Assembly (NCBI GenBank): GCA_013239625.1
Contig: MU054187.1
Location: forward strand, 15,330,941-15,394,940
Source: Lama guanicoe
Lineage: Eukaryota
Length of the DNA stretch: 64,000 nt
Direction: 5' to 3'
The notes under the pieces were generated by a model. That model worked only from the letters and a program-made list of their open reading frames with translations, searched no databases and was not told the origin of the DNA. The position numbers and the translations under genes were made by a program. Shown here piece after piece: positions 37,000 to 49,984 of the stretch (positions within the stretch are counted from its first letter, which is position 1; each line of letters starts with the position of its first letter).

Positions 37000-37335
37000 A
37001 CACTGCAAATACACACATGAACACTAAGATTACTACAGGAGCATAGAGGAAGAAATTCTTAAAGAAAAGAAGCTTTAACCCATGTGCTGAACCATAGCAT
37101 TTAACCACATAGAAAAAGACTGAACGATCTTCCATGTAAAGGTGTGCAAGGTATAGAAGCATGAAGTATGGCATGGAGTTTGAGCAGGTGGGTATGCTAA
37201 AGATGAGTGCATTATGGGTTAGTAGAAGTTTGGGTTGCAGAGGTGGGCAACCACGCTAGCCTGGCTAGCAATACTAAGCTGTTTGGCTTCTGTCCTGAAG
37301 ACAAAGGAAAACTATCAAAGACTTTTCAACATTAT
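37000..37335 (-). mobile_element. L2 fragment
   Basis: ttccatgtaaaggtgtgcaagg...gctgtttggcttctgtcctgaagacaaagg. Confidence 0.55.
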
Positions 37336-37504
37336 TTTCTGACTTCATAAGTTTTCTGATTTTATAAACTATCCACTGTAGAACTGTTGGAAAATATCGA
37401 AAACTGTAAAAAGAGAAAATTGCTCATTATTTTATATCCGGAGAAAATTAATTCCTTAGTGTATTTGCTTCTAGTGGACTTTTGTTTATATTGTATATGA
37501 CATA

Positions 37505-37976
37505 TGTCAACTGAAACAAATGCACAGCCTAAAACCTGAGAGTTACGCTTTACTTAGCGGACAAGTCTGAGGACTCCAATACCTCCCAGTCCAGGGTGAC
37601 TGCCTCTCAGATCGCTCTGAGGGACTGCTCCCAAGAGGTAGGGGAGGAGCTTTACAACAAAGACCGGGTAGTTGGAACATTAAAAGATTATTTAAAGAAA
37701 ACCAGGCATCTCAAGTTAAAGAATTTAGTGCTTTTCTATGTATGGGAGGAAGCCAACATTTGGGCTCATTGAATTCATTCCTTTGACAAGCACCTAGCTA
37801 TCTAGGGCCCGTATCCTGTCTTTTCTTATTCTGAGTCCCCTCAGGGTGCACCACTGTGAGTGGCTGCAGAGGCCAGCCTGCAGGCTTGTCTTCACTGAGG
37901 GGTGGCGGCCACTGATGGCTTGATAGTTTCAGCATTCTTTCTTTACTGATATGGTTTGTAGTATTTTTCATTCACA
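37505..37976 (-). mobile_element. ERV1 solo LTR (MER41-like, ~470 bp) inside an old L1ME fragment
   Basis: TG...CA termini (tgtcaac...ttca/ttcaca); candidate 4-bp TSD cata (37501-37504 / 37975-37978); internal motifs ctctcagatcgctctgagggactgctcc and tctcaagttaaagaatttagtgcttttctatgtatgggag resemble cetartiodactyl MER41. Confidence 0.85.
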
Positions 37977-38306
37977 TATGTATTACACTTATTATGTGAT
38001 TTAAATCATTTTTAAGACTTAATTATGTGTTACTATTTCACACTCCATTAAATACTGGTTGAAATCTTAACTTTTAGCATTTTGATTTGGCTTTGCTATA
38101 AAATTATTTCATCATCTAATTATTACAGGCTGTTGAGTTGTTTCCAGTGAGTCATCGTTACATATAAATATGACCCATACGTCATGTCAGGGCTTCCCTG
38201 CCTTTAAGATCTTGGTAAGCATACTCAGAGGACTGCTAATTCTGTGGCCTTTGGATAAAACCCTCCCAGATTCCTGTGAATTCCTGGGATTCTTTTGCCC
38301 TTAGAG

Positions 38307-38490
38307 CAGTGATTCTGCAAATGTAGTCATTCAGGGCTCTGTGGGGTCAAAACTATTTTCATGGCAATTACTAAGAAATTACGTAGCTTTTAATTCTCAC
38401 TGTTTCATGAGGATACAGTGCACTTTTCCAGGTGTTATATGACTGAGATGACAGCATCCTTCTGATGGCTAATGGAATATTTGCTTCTAT
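38307..38490. mobile_element. hAT-Charlie DNA transposon end fragment
   Basis: TIR-like cagtgattctgcaaatgt, then gggtcaaaactattttcat...tacagtgcacttttccagg...tctgatggctaatggaat. Confidence 0.7.
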
Positions 38491-38974
38491 AGTCCTGATT
38501 TTTGAAATTGTTCAGGTTTAATTTTGAACACAATAAAGATGAATAGAAACAATTTCCCATCGGGATCCTCACGACTTGTGAAATGTACGTATGAAGGGTG
38601 AAGAGATGAGAAGATATGCAAGCCGCTATCTCAGAACAACAAGGCATTTTTCCAAAACAAGAAAGGCCTGTTCTTTATGAGTAAGTTTTGTCCTTACATC
38701 CATATTAAGAAATAATACGGTGTCAACTTTTAAGAGTCTTCTTCCTACCACTACATAACTAATATTTAGATGAAAATTCCCAATATTTTAATTTTGGATG
38801 TGGAAGAATAGAGGGTGCATCATAGTCATATTTCTGCACTAGAAAGTTAGTGAAGAATGTGCTGAAAGTAGATGCAGAGGGTTTAGGTAGGAGGCTATTA
38901 CGTGAACCAGGTGAGAAAAGATGGAGCAGCATCAGTGTGACTGCAGTGGAGCAGGACAAATGTATAAGCAAGGT

Positions 38975-39107
38975 GTAATCCTGTGCAGTTCTATTATCTT
39001 CATTTTACAGGCAAGAAAACAAGGAGGGAAGTGGCAATGCAAGGACCAAGGGAGAATTTGAAATGGATTTTCTGACTCCAGGTCTCTTGACCTTTCCACT
39101 GTACCAG
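38975..39107 (-). mobile_element. MIR
   Basis: ttatcttcattttacaggcaagaaaac...gaatttgaaatggattttctgactccagg...tttccactgtacca. Confidence 0.75.
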
Positions 39108-41054
39108 AACTCATCAAGGCTTCATCCTTGAGGAAATACATTTATTGTTGACACGGACACACAGGTGAAGCAGATCTAACAACTCACTCTTCTCAGAGCC
39201 TTGGGAAGCTATGTTCTCTATTCTATAATCTCTTGTAACATACTCACTTACTCATGAGTGTTATCTACATGGGTCAGTGAGTTTGATGTGGTTCTCACTC
39301 TCTCTCCTCCTCCTCCTTCTTTCCACGTCTCTTTCTTTCTACTTATGTGTGCCCATGCAGCCATATTAGGTAATGGTGTTGCATATGTAATCTTCTTAAG
39401 ACTTCTTTGAAATCTGTACAACTACTTTGTTCCACTACAGCTGCGCCTGCCCTTGGAGAACAATCCCTTGCAGAAAAAAACCATGAACACATGTGGCTTT
39501 GTTTAGGACTTTTCTGTAGGAGTGCTAATTATGAGGTCTGGCAACTCTTAGAGCTAGAAAGCCACCTCCAAATATTGGTTTCTGATTTCCAAGTTAGTGT
39601 AGATCCCTACAGCGATATGGAAATTATTGATTTGACTTGGACTTTGAGAACATAGCCAAAGACATTAGGTTACGTCCATAGAATGCTAAGTGTTTGCCAT
39701 CCCCATTGCCCTTTTTGGAGGAATGCCTTCCTCTGAAATGTTAATTCCTCAGTCATTGTTTCCACTAATTATTTCAATTTTTATTCCATATTCTTTTCCG
39801 TTGAGCTATTAATATTTAGGAGAGAAACTGTGAACTGCTCTGTGCTCATTCTATATAGTGAAATACAGTAAATATGTTTCCACAAAGTACAGTGGTTTTA
39901 TAATCAGCTTCAGTAAGTTTTATAATTAGCAGCTTTCTTAAATACAGTTTAAATAATCTATTTTTGGAAAGAAAGAATGAAAATACATTTAAAGGATCAT
40001 AAAAGTCAAAGAAGGATTTCAGAGAAAGAGAAATATGTTTCATTCTTGCTGAAGATATTCTATTCTTTCCAGGCTGTCTCATAATGAACTTGTGCATATG
40101 AGGAGAACTTACATATTGTCATATTTCTCGGCACAAATAATTGTGGAAAGCATATGTTCACCAACACTGGAAGCAAATAAAACTTAAACTAGGCAGAAAC
40201 AGCAGGGAAATGAGAAAATTGGAACATTTTATATTCTTATGATGCTGTTAAACATTTTGCCCAATAAAGACTCTGTACATTGGAAACATTGAGATTGAGA
40301 ATACAGAAGTAATTTTTTCATAGAGGTAAGTTTATTTATTCTTTTCCACAGCTCACCCTCCATTTTGAGATTTCTGGATAATTTTCCAGAATTATCTTCA
40401 GATAGATTTCTGTTTTAATAAAATCACGTTTTACCTCCTATCTAATTGTTCATAGTCAACTTCTTGTGTTCTAAATGAGTACTTTATTAACTTCAAGATA
40501 AAATCTCATTTCCTGTGAATGCTACCTCCAGCATCAAAATTGAGGACATGTGGATCCCAGATAAGCTATAGTTAAGAACAAAATTCCATCTGGCCCAAGA
40601 GTGTACGGTAGAAACAAAGAAATGCAAGATAGCACTTTTCATGTCCTTCATCTGAAACATGGACTAATGTTATAAAAAAATTCTAAAATTTCCTTAAAAT
40701 GTGTCTAATACCCACAATAGTAGCACAGAGGGCATATGGAAGAAAATTTTTAAACGAGCTTAGATATCTCACCATGAGCTATAAATATGTATAATAATAA
40801 GATTATCTCAAGCATTACGGTGGTCCTTATCAGATTTTAAGATAAATTTTTTAAAGTTGCAAAAATTTATAAAACGTCAAGTCTCCCAACTTTGTCTGGA
40901 GGACAAGTTCATAGAAGTTCTGATGATTCCAGTTTGAGCTGCACACACACAGGCACTGGCTTTGTGGGGAAAAAACCCTGGTCCAGAAACAGAGGGGTTG
41001 AGATCACCCTCATCACTGTAGGACACACCATATATTCACTCCTTTATATATTTA

Positions 41055-41165
41055 TGTCTTGTCTCCACACTCTAAAATGTAAACATTGTTGGCAAGAACT
41101 TGATCTGCCTTATTTACTGCTGGCGATGACTACCTTCCAGCAGATGGTAGGTGCTTATAGTTATC
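41055..41165 (+). mobile_element. L2 3' end
   Basis: tgtctccacactctaaaatgtaaac...ttatttactgctg...tggtaggtgctta. Confidence 0.6.
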
Positions 41166-41743
41166 TCTTAAAAGGATAAAAAAAATAGATTTTCCACTTA
41201 GTATCTCACTTTCACTTCGCATCCCAAACCCTGCTTCTCTGCCTCCCTTTGACTGGCAAGGTTTATTTTTATTTTCTTTAGCATGCTCCTCTTTTTATAC
41301 ATTGTAAATGCAAATTGGAAGTGGCGAATAGCCACCTCACTTGAGAGGGTTCCATTTAGAACCCTTACCAGCCTATTTCGTTTTCTGGATGGTGAAAAAT
41401 ATTCACTATTCTTCTAGAGAAACTTCTACCAGGGGCTGGGTCCATACCACTTCCTTTGACGTATGTGGAGAAGTGCACATTCCCTGCTGGTGAGGGCCAC
41501 TCTGCAGCACGAACTTTGCGTAGCTGTGACTCTCACGACGGCCTCCTGACAGCTTGCTCTCCTTGACTCAGAACTACTTCTGTGGGTCTTGCTGAGCCCT
41601 GGAATTGTCCCACTGAGCTCCCAGCCCAGAGCAAAACGTATTCCCTCCAGCTCCCTGTACTCAAATTCTACTACGCTTTTAAATATTACCACGAAACTAC
41701 TTGTAGCAGGAAGACTTTTCTGATAGTCCTGGTGAGGCCATTT

Positions 41744-41874
41744 TTTTGGGCGGGGAGGAACGGTAGGTAGATTTACTTACTTACCTTTCGAGGAGGTATT
41801 GGGAGTTGAACCCAGGACCTTGTGTGTGCTCAGCATGCGCTCTGCCACTTGAGCTATACCCTCCCCCTGCCCCA
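41744..41874 (-). mobile_element. tRNA-derived SINE (Vic-1-like) with 11-bp TSD
   Basis: Minus strand ggggagggtatagctcaagtggcagagcgcatgctgagcacacacaaggtcctgggttcaactccc; TSD tgaggccattt (41733-41743) / tgagaccattt (41875-41885). Confidence 0.92.
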
Positions 41875-42029
41875 TGAGACCATTTCCCAGTCACTTAACA
41901 CGCCCCCGTAGCACTTTATCTGCACCTCCCAGATGGTATTTTCTCCTCTCAATGGTGTGATTTATGTGTGTGTCTCATATTCTAATAGAATCTGCGAGGG
42001 GACAATGATGACCATTTAGCTTTTGGTAA

Positions 42030-42510
42030 GTGAACATCAGTGTTTTCATGGAGCTTATATTCCCAGGGAGGATTTATAATTAAGCAGACTAATAAAACTG
42101 TAAGGAAGAAATACGACAGATATTGAGACATGCCGCGTGGAAAAAGAAAACAAGGTGGCTTGATAAAGAGTGACTGGTTGTAAGTGATCAGGGAGGTGGC
42201 CTTGGAGCCAAGGTTTGAATGACACAAATAAACCAGCTCCTGGCATCCTCAGCAGCAAAGCCTTCCAGGCAGAGAGAACAATTCCTACCAGGCCTTCTGT
42301 AGGAACACACCTGGTGACGGAGAAACCCAAGAAACAGGGTGGCTGGTGCACCTTAGGTAAGAAGGAAGGTGAAATAGTGTGAAATATGAGGGTAACAGGG
42401 ACCAGATTATAAAGGGCAGTGTTAGTCAAGGTAAAGAGTTGGCATGTACTCTAAGAGTGAAGTGAAGCAGCCTTAGGTTCTAAGCAGGGGAATAATGTAA
42501 TAAAATCTGC
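42030..42510 (-). mobile_element. L2
   Basis: tcatggagcttatattcccaggg...ttccaggcagagagaaca...ttctaagcaggggaataatgtaat. Confidence 0.8.
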
Positions 42511-42650
42511 TTTCTTCATTTTTCTTTCTCTCTCCAGCCATCTGTCCCTTCTTCCTCCTTCCTCTCTCCCCTCTCCCCGCTTCCTTTCCCCTTCCTCCCT
42601 ACATTCCTTCCTTCCCTTTCTCCCTCCTTCATTCTCTTCCTTTTTTTTTT
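42511..42650. repeat. CT-rich low-complexity polypyrimidine tract
   Basis: Read directly. Confidence 0.9.
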
Positions 42651-42668
42651 TATCTCTTGCTTATTTTT

Positions 42669-42826
42669 TTACTGTATTTTTACTGAAGTATAGTCAGTTT
42701 ACAATGTTGTGTCAATTTCTGGTATTCAGCACAACACTTCAGTCATATAGGAACATACATATATTCATTTTCATATTCTTTTAATCATAAGTTGCTACAA
42801 GATATTGTATAGCACAGGGAAGTATT
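42669..42826 (-). mobile_element. Short L1 3'UTR insertion with a ~20-bp 5' inversion and 14-bp TSD
   Basis: Antisense 3'UTR to ...caagatattg, then sense tgtatagcacagggaagtat (42806-42825); TSD tcttgcttattttt (42655-42668) / tcttgtttattttt (42827-42840). Confidence 0.85.
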
Positions 42827-44088
42827 TCTTGTTTATTTTTAAGCATTCGGAAGGCTCTGTGGACAACGGATGCTAGCAGGGGCCAGAGGGCACGCGGGCG
42901 GACGCGGGCGGAAGGTGCCTTCACTGTGCCTCTGCCAGCTCCTGGCATGGAGCAGCCCTGAATGCCGTAAAACTATTTAAAAAGCAATGCGATGATCTTG
43001 CAATACTGTTTAAACAACAGCACATCCATCTTGGTCTTCTCTCCTCGTCGTGGGTTCTGTCAGCTATCAAAGATGGAGTGCAATGGGTCCTCTTGTGTGT
43101 GTTTTCCTGCCACAAAAGTCTCCAAAAGGACACGGATTTTGGACTGTTTGGTTCACTGTTTGGTTTCCCAAGAGTCTGGGAAGGTTTGCAGCATATAGTA
43201 AATACTAATTAAATTAATGGAAGTGTTTTTCATCCTTTTCCCTTCTGAATCTTCTTTTCGTTTGCTTCTGACAGCTCCTCTAGTTTACCAGATGGGGGTG
43301 AAGTGTGTACAAAGGATGAGAAAACTCTTGGAACTGTCTCCTTGCCTCCCATCCCATAAGGACAGCTCCTGACAACTCTGGATCAAAGCTCTTGGCGTCC
43401 TTTGCGTTTATGTACCAAGAGTTCCTGCAGGTTAGGCAGAAAACAGATGTGTTTATTTTCCACAGTATTTATGTTTTTATTTCCACTACCACTATTTCCT
43501 TTTCTCTTCCTTTAGTCTTATTTTGACATCCTTTCTACAAATCTCTGTCTTGTAGACATTTTCTGAGATGTTTCTCTTAAACCTTTTTTTTCTCCATTTC
43601 AGTTGAGGCCAGCAGCTTCAAAGGGACTTCGTAAGTTCCCTGTTTTCATTAGGAAGGCCTTTCCAGAAGTAGTCATTACAGAGAAAAACCAAGCCTGCAC
43701 ATTGTTATTATGCTTCATTCAGTCTGGAACCTTGCTAGAAAAGTTTCTGGTTCAATACTATAACTCTAACTTTAATCTTGGGCAACTTGCAAATTTACTT
43801 ACCTTTAAGATGTTAGCAGCTAAACGGATATAGCTGTCATGACGCTCAGGGAATCAAATCTGTACTTAGAGAAATTAACCTAAAAAGATTCTTATCTTAA
43901 AATAGCAACAACTTTAGTGCACCTAATATGTGCAGGATATTATCTTCAAAATGGGTGTGTATATATAAAAGTTTAATTTTAGTGTGTCTACTTCTTTATG
44001 CCTATCTCTTTTTAAAATTTAATTTTGTTTGCATATTATGACCTACAAATAAAGGCTATTGCATTTACAATTCCTATAGGTAAATAGA

Positions 44089-44111
44089 ACACACACACAC
44101 ACACACACACA
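44089..44111. repeat. (CA)n microsatellite
   Basis: Read directly. Confidence 0.95.
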
Positions 44112-45139
44112 TACACAATCTGCCTTTAAAAAAAAGAAAAAATATTGAAAATGAATGTTATCAGAGAGATGGCAGAAGAGAGAATAAAATATTTGAAAGG
44201 GAAGAAACATGTCTATAGAGAAGTATTTCTTGAATCAAATTTCTGTTCTTTGTGGAAATTGAAGATGGAATTATTCAGGTTTTCAGGGCAGAATTAAGAC
44301 TTTATTTGATGACAGTCAGAAGAAGTAGATCATGAAGGAACTGTCAGGAAAGTTGGGAAACAATCAGTTTCATAAGCCACAAGCCTACTACCATGAGACT
44401 TGCTAGGAGCTCCAACCAGGGAGCAGAGGAACAAACTTTGGGGGACCTGAATACACTGGTCCCAGGCAACCATCTGGGAAGGAGGCCTGGCCCCTGCCAG
44501 GGAGGTGGCAGCTGCTAAATCAGTAAGACCAACGGACGCATTTGGACTTCAGTTCAGCTCAACCCAATGTCACTCCTTGGGGTCATTAAGCTGATAAAAG
44601 TGGGTATGACAGCAAGAGTATTAACTCATCAGTGGTGTTGAGATCCCTTGTCCCCACCCCGAATCCATCCTGACGAGAATACTAGAAATAGTCTTAGGGA
44701 TAGCCAGGCAGAAGGAGCAGAGGGAGTGGTCTGGGCACTGGTCCAAGCAAACATCTGGAATAAACACCAGCGATGAAGATGGAAATCCAATCAGACAGCA
44801 TGATCTAATTAGCGTGGATCAGGCAGAGAAGCCACAATGGGCGCTCTCACAGGTACCCTCGGACTGAATCCTTGTCACCGCAACTAACTTTTAGAGAAAT
44901 TTAGTTTAGAAATAGCAGACTGCTTCCAGGCCCCTTTCAGTAGTAAGAAGCAGCCCTACTTACCTGATCAGTTCTGACTGGCGTCAGGAGAGAGCTCTAC
45001 CTGCCAGCAGACGGTCAGTTTTATTTGCAGATGGGCAGGGTTGCAATACTCAGAGACTGGCACCTGGGCAAGTGTTGATTTGTGAAGTGTTAAAGGATTG
45101 ATGTAGGATCAACAATGATTGAAGCTGTAACCTCTTCTA

Positions 45140-45630
45140 TGTCAGTGTTGTACTGTATTCCAATCTGTGAATACACTGTTCATTCCATTGATGGCCATTT
45201 GGCTTGTCGATATCACCTTCTTCCCCTTCCCCTTACTCCTCCTCCTCTTCCTCTTTATCTTCTCCTTCTTCTTCTTCTCATTATTATTTAAGAATAATGC
45301 TGCTCTGAAGAGTCTTTTACACACTTCTTTGTGTACGTGTGATATATTTTCTCCCAAACTAAGAGACAAATTGCTGGGTTACAGGGTGTGTATACCTTAG
45401 CCTTACAAAATAATGCCACATTCTTTCCAAAATCATCATCCAGTTTATACTCCCTTAAGTCATGCATGAGTTCCCACTGATCCACATTCTTACCAACACT
45501 TAACAGTGACAGATCCTTAATTATTTTTTCCAATCTGGAAGTGTGCAATAGCATCTGATTAACATTTAATTTGCATTCCCTTGATTATTCTGTATCATAC
45601 TATTACTATTAGGCTGAGCATCTTTTAGCT
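45140..45630 (-). mobile_element. Old L1ME fragment
   Basis: Minus-strand remnant peptide HVHKEVCKRLFRAALF; aataatgctgctctgaagagtc...ttaatttgcattcccttgatt. Confidence 0.8.
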
Positions 45631-45992
45631 TGTGTCATAATGATAATTTCCTATATTTTATATAGAAGTTTCTAAGATTTACGTCTCCTATTTAAGCCCT
45701 TGATGCCTTGACTCACCTATAATTTATATTTTTACTCACCTTTCAAATTCCAGATTAAAGTATCTCTAAGAATGAGACTTTCAAATTCAAAGTCAATTAG
45801 CTCCTTATCAAATCTTCTGAATAACACGTCAGTCATTTCTACACTATGTGTGCAAAACGGAATCACTCCCTGCCAGTGACAGGGAGCTCATTGTTTCAAC
45901 TATGATAAGGTTCTTCCTGAAGATCATCTGATATGTCTCTCTGTAATTCCCAACAATTGACTAGAGTTTTTATTTTTGGAGAAAACTCAGAG

Positions 45993-46260
45993 AGATTGAT
46001 TGCAAAAATTTCCCCTGACCTTTTACATTTTCCTGTGTCTACATCTTTTGCACCTCTTCCTGTCAAGAGATGGGAACTATTTTTCTATGCCTTAAATCTG
46101 GGCTGGTCCTGTGATGGACTTTCACAAACAGAAAGCTCCAGAAGTGACAGTGTACCAATTCTGAGCCTTGGCATCAAGGGGCTTTATGTGCAGCTCTCTG
46201 GGGACTCCTGTCATGCCATTTGAAGAAACCCAAACTAGCATGCTAGAAGGTTAGAGACTC
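45993..46260 (+). mobile_element. MaLR LTR fragment (MLT1G/H-like)
   Basis: gattgcaaaaat...tcttcctgtcaagagatgg...aatctgggctggtcctgtga...gaagtgacagtgtaccaattctgagcc. Confidence 0.8.
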
Positions 46261-47344
46261 ACTGGCACCCCTTTTCCATCCATGGATTATTAAATTAATT
46301 AATGCAATACAGCATCAGTCTTTCAAGAAATGTCCAGCTGTGAGATGGGTTTAGAATTCACACAAGGACCGTTAAATCATGTTGATTCTACACTTGAATT
46401 TACCACAAACTTGCTTATGTAACCTCAAACAAGTCCTTTAATTCCACAAAGCCGCAGCATCCTCATGGACCCAGTAAGTTTAGATCTATTTCTTATCCAA
46501 GAACTCACAGTATTTTGAAAATGTAATATGATTCTAAAGAGATTCTACAATTCATGAGATTTTTTAGTTGGCAGTAGACTAGCAGCTTACCACTGACAAT
46601 GATCAAGCATGAATTTAAGAACCAGTGAATTTTTTGTATTTCACTGCCATCTATTGGAGTTCAGCTGTATCCAAAATGTTTTAGGTTTTTCACATACAGA
46701 TCAATTTGTTTTAAACAATCTTGTGTACTTTGGAGGTGCAGGTATGTGCCCTTTTGAGCAAAGTGAGATTTCCTTGCATTATCATCCGAGAAAAAGCTTA
46801 TTGGAATGACTCAATATTCTATTAAGGAAATATATCTAGGGAATTCTGTTCTTACTATCTATAATAGTTTTAAGTTCATTCACCATGAAGGACTAAGAAC
46901 AAAATGATAGGATTATGAAAATCAAAAAAAAAAAATCAGCCAAGAATCTCCTACATCAAGATTGAACTGAAATATTTTAATTTATTTATTTAGGTTGTTA
47001 ATAATTCTAGGCAGACTTGCCAATGTTGGTGTACAGATTTTTATTCTGGGGGAAGATGTGAGCAGGACTCAAGAAATATGCACACTGGAGGAGACCAAAA
47101 TCTTGAGAAACCATTTTTGAAAAACATGAAATACAGCTTTTCATATGTTTTAGTGTACTTCAAAAACCATTTTCAAACAATTGGGGGTCATGCCATGGTA
47201 ACCTTGGATCTCTTCAGAAAATAAACCACAACAAACATTTTTTTTTCTTGCTGCACAATTTCTTCAAATTATGATACATTTTGAGAATAGAGAATGTATT
47301 TCTAATTGAAGATATGTTGTAGGTAATATTCAACATCAGCTTTC

Positions 47345-48345
47345 CTCAGCATTTTCTGAAAAAATTCAATCATTAACTGAAAGACTTCTACATTGAACAT
47401 CTATTCATAACCTTAATTTAATTATTAATATTTTATTATACTTGCTTTATCACATACACATCTCTTCATCCATCATTAATATTTCTCATTTTGTTGATAC
47501 AAATATGAATACGCCTCTCCCTAAATATTTTAGCATTCTTATCATTAGCTAGACTTCAATAAGTGTTTAAAGTGATGTAAAATGTACTTACAAAATGCAT
47601 AAATATTAACGGAATATATGCTAAGTTTTGACAAATGACTATGTCTGGGTAATCCTATCCTCATAAGGAAATAGGACATTATGAAAATGCCAGAAAATTC
47701 TCTCACTGTGTCTCCCAGTAAATCCTCAATCTTTATCCCAGAGGAAACTACTCTTCCGACTTTTCCATCATAGATTGGGTATTGCTTCTAGGATTTCACA
47801 TAGAGACGTATGGCATGTGCTCTTTTGTGTACTGCTTATTTCACTCAGCAGCGTTTGCAGACTGATTTATGTCTGTTTTGTGTACCAGTATTTCATTTGC
47901 TTTCCATTGCTGAGTGCCATTGCATGATGACTGTGGACACTGGTTACTACTAGTCTGGGGCTATTTTGGCTAGAGCTGCTAAGAATGTTCTTTTACAAAA
48001 CTTTTTGTAAAAAATGTGATTTCACTTCTCTAGGAGTGAAATTGCTGAGTTTTAGGGAGAAGTAATGTTTTAGAAGAAACTGCCAGATTTCCACAGAGTG
48101 GTTGTGTCATTTTACATTCCTACCACCAATGTGGTAAAACATTGTCAAAATTTGACATTGTCAGTCTTTCAAATTTTTAGCCCTTCTGGTTCGTGTGCAA
48201 TGGTATCTCATTGTAGTTTTAGCCATAGTTTCCTTAATGACTAAGGAGTCTATTCTGATGTCTGTAATGCTAACCCATTACCACGCGGTTCATTCTAGCC
48301 TTCTCTCCTCGCTTATCCGTAATGTCCTGCTCCAGCAGTGAACTG
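47345..48345 (-). mobile_element. Old L1MD/L1ME-type 3' region
   Basis: cccagaggaaactactctt...ttatttcactcagca...gaaactgccag...tggtatctcattgtagtttt. Confidence 0.8.
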
Positions 48346-48416
48346 TGGTCGCCCGGAGAAACAAACGAGAGGACTAGCGATGGCGAGGCTAGAAAGAGAA
48401 CTTCATAAGGAGCTTT

Positions 48417-48540
48417 GATCACTGTCATGTATACAGAAGTAAAAACATAATGTTGTACCTATGAAACATATAATGTTATAAACCAATGGTACCTCAGTGA
48501 GAAAAGATAAAACAATAAATAAAAAAGGAAAAAAGGAAAG
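48417..48540 (+). mobile_element. L1 3' terminus with A-rich tail
   Basis: gatcactgtcatgtatacaga...atgttgtacctatgaaacatataatgttataaaccaatggtacctca followed by an A-rich tail. Confidence 0.75.
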
Positions 48541-49984
48541 GAATGATTACTTTAATAAAAGCAGTTTTAATTGCATAGTGAAGCAGTATTCTTTTCTCAC
48601 TTGAAAACAGTAAACAGTGAAGTCAGAGCCAAAAGCATACTTTCGCTGCTGATAAGAAATCTCACAAAGGCGAACTAAGGTCACGTCTTTCAATAACTTG
48701 AGCAGTGAGTAGACCAGCTGTGGCTGAGATGGAGGAAGGCAGCTGGCAGATGTGAGAAATTGGAAGGACTCTGAAAACACCTTCCTAAGTGATAGGTCCT
48801 TGAATGGACCAGAAAAGCCCCAAGCAGGAATCTGTGAAAATAGGTAGAGATAGTTAAAGAATGCCCTCCTTGCTTTCAAAAAGAAAGTCAACTTCTGTGG
48901 AAAATAAATCTATTTGTCAATCCCATGGCTCCTCGTGTATGCGTCAGAATAGAGCTGTTATTGACCATCTGGTTCTAATTTTTCCTGTCTGCTGAACTTT
49001 GTTTCTCTTACTGAAGGCATCAGACGAGGTGACCCATAAGCCTAACAGCATACTGCTCGTTTTTTATTAGCTGGCTGTGTCATGGAAACGTCCTTTCAGA
49101 GCCCATTCATCACATGATCATCATAAACACATTTCTATGAAGGCAGGTGGGGAACCACCAAAAGCCAAAGGAGGGTTTTCTTTTTTTTGGTAGTTGGGAG
49201 ATTTTGAAAAAATCAGTATCACAATTTCAATATCTCTCTGTCTCTCTCTGTCACTGTCATCATAGAATAGTTCCTTCCTGTGAAATTCTGCAAAAACAAA
49301 CAAACAAACAAAAAAACCCAAACTGATTTCCTAGGACTTCAGTCATCACTGCAAAAACAAAGTTCTGATTGAAGACAATGATTACTAAATGAAGGTAAAG
49401 AAATAAATGTTATGAGTCATGTTTACCCTCCTGCAGTTCAAAGTTGAAATGAGAACTCATTAAATTTCTGCCGAATAAAGTAACACTGGCGTGAATGATG
49501 TTTTTGTGCCTATGCTACTGAGTCAATGTCCTTCTGTGATTTTCAGATTATTAAATCTTTGCAAGGGACTAAAGGACTCAGTGAATCCACAGATGTTTGC
49601 AGGAATGCAAAACAAGTTGGTTTTTCACATCTGTAGCCAAAAACTGGGATTATTATTTGGGAATTATCTTTATTTGATCGGAGTTCGCCAGTTAATCAGG
49701 CTATCCATGCATTTTTAAAGGGGCTCGGCCAGGACCTGATGAACTCACACCACTCCAGTCTGCTAAGGGTTCCCCCTTTGGGATCAATTTCAATTACAAT
49801 GATTCAAAATTAGATTGTTTAGTCCTTTACAAGTATGCACACCCTGGAGCCATCTACAATCCTTAATGTGTTCACTGGACATGCTACAGACTACACTTCA
49901 CAACGGTAAAAAAAAATCTTTGCATAATGTGCTCATAGAGCTTAATTTTTGGTACTCTTCAGCTGCATGTCTGCCTCGATGATC

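Noticed and set aside
44310..44830. Purine-rich block that might be an ancient LTR
   Set aside because: No termini or diagnostic motifs I can support.
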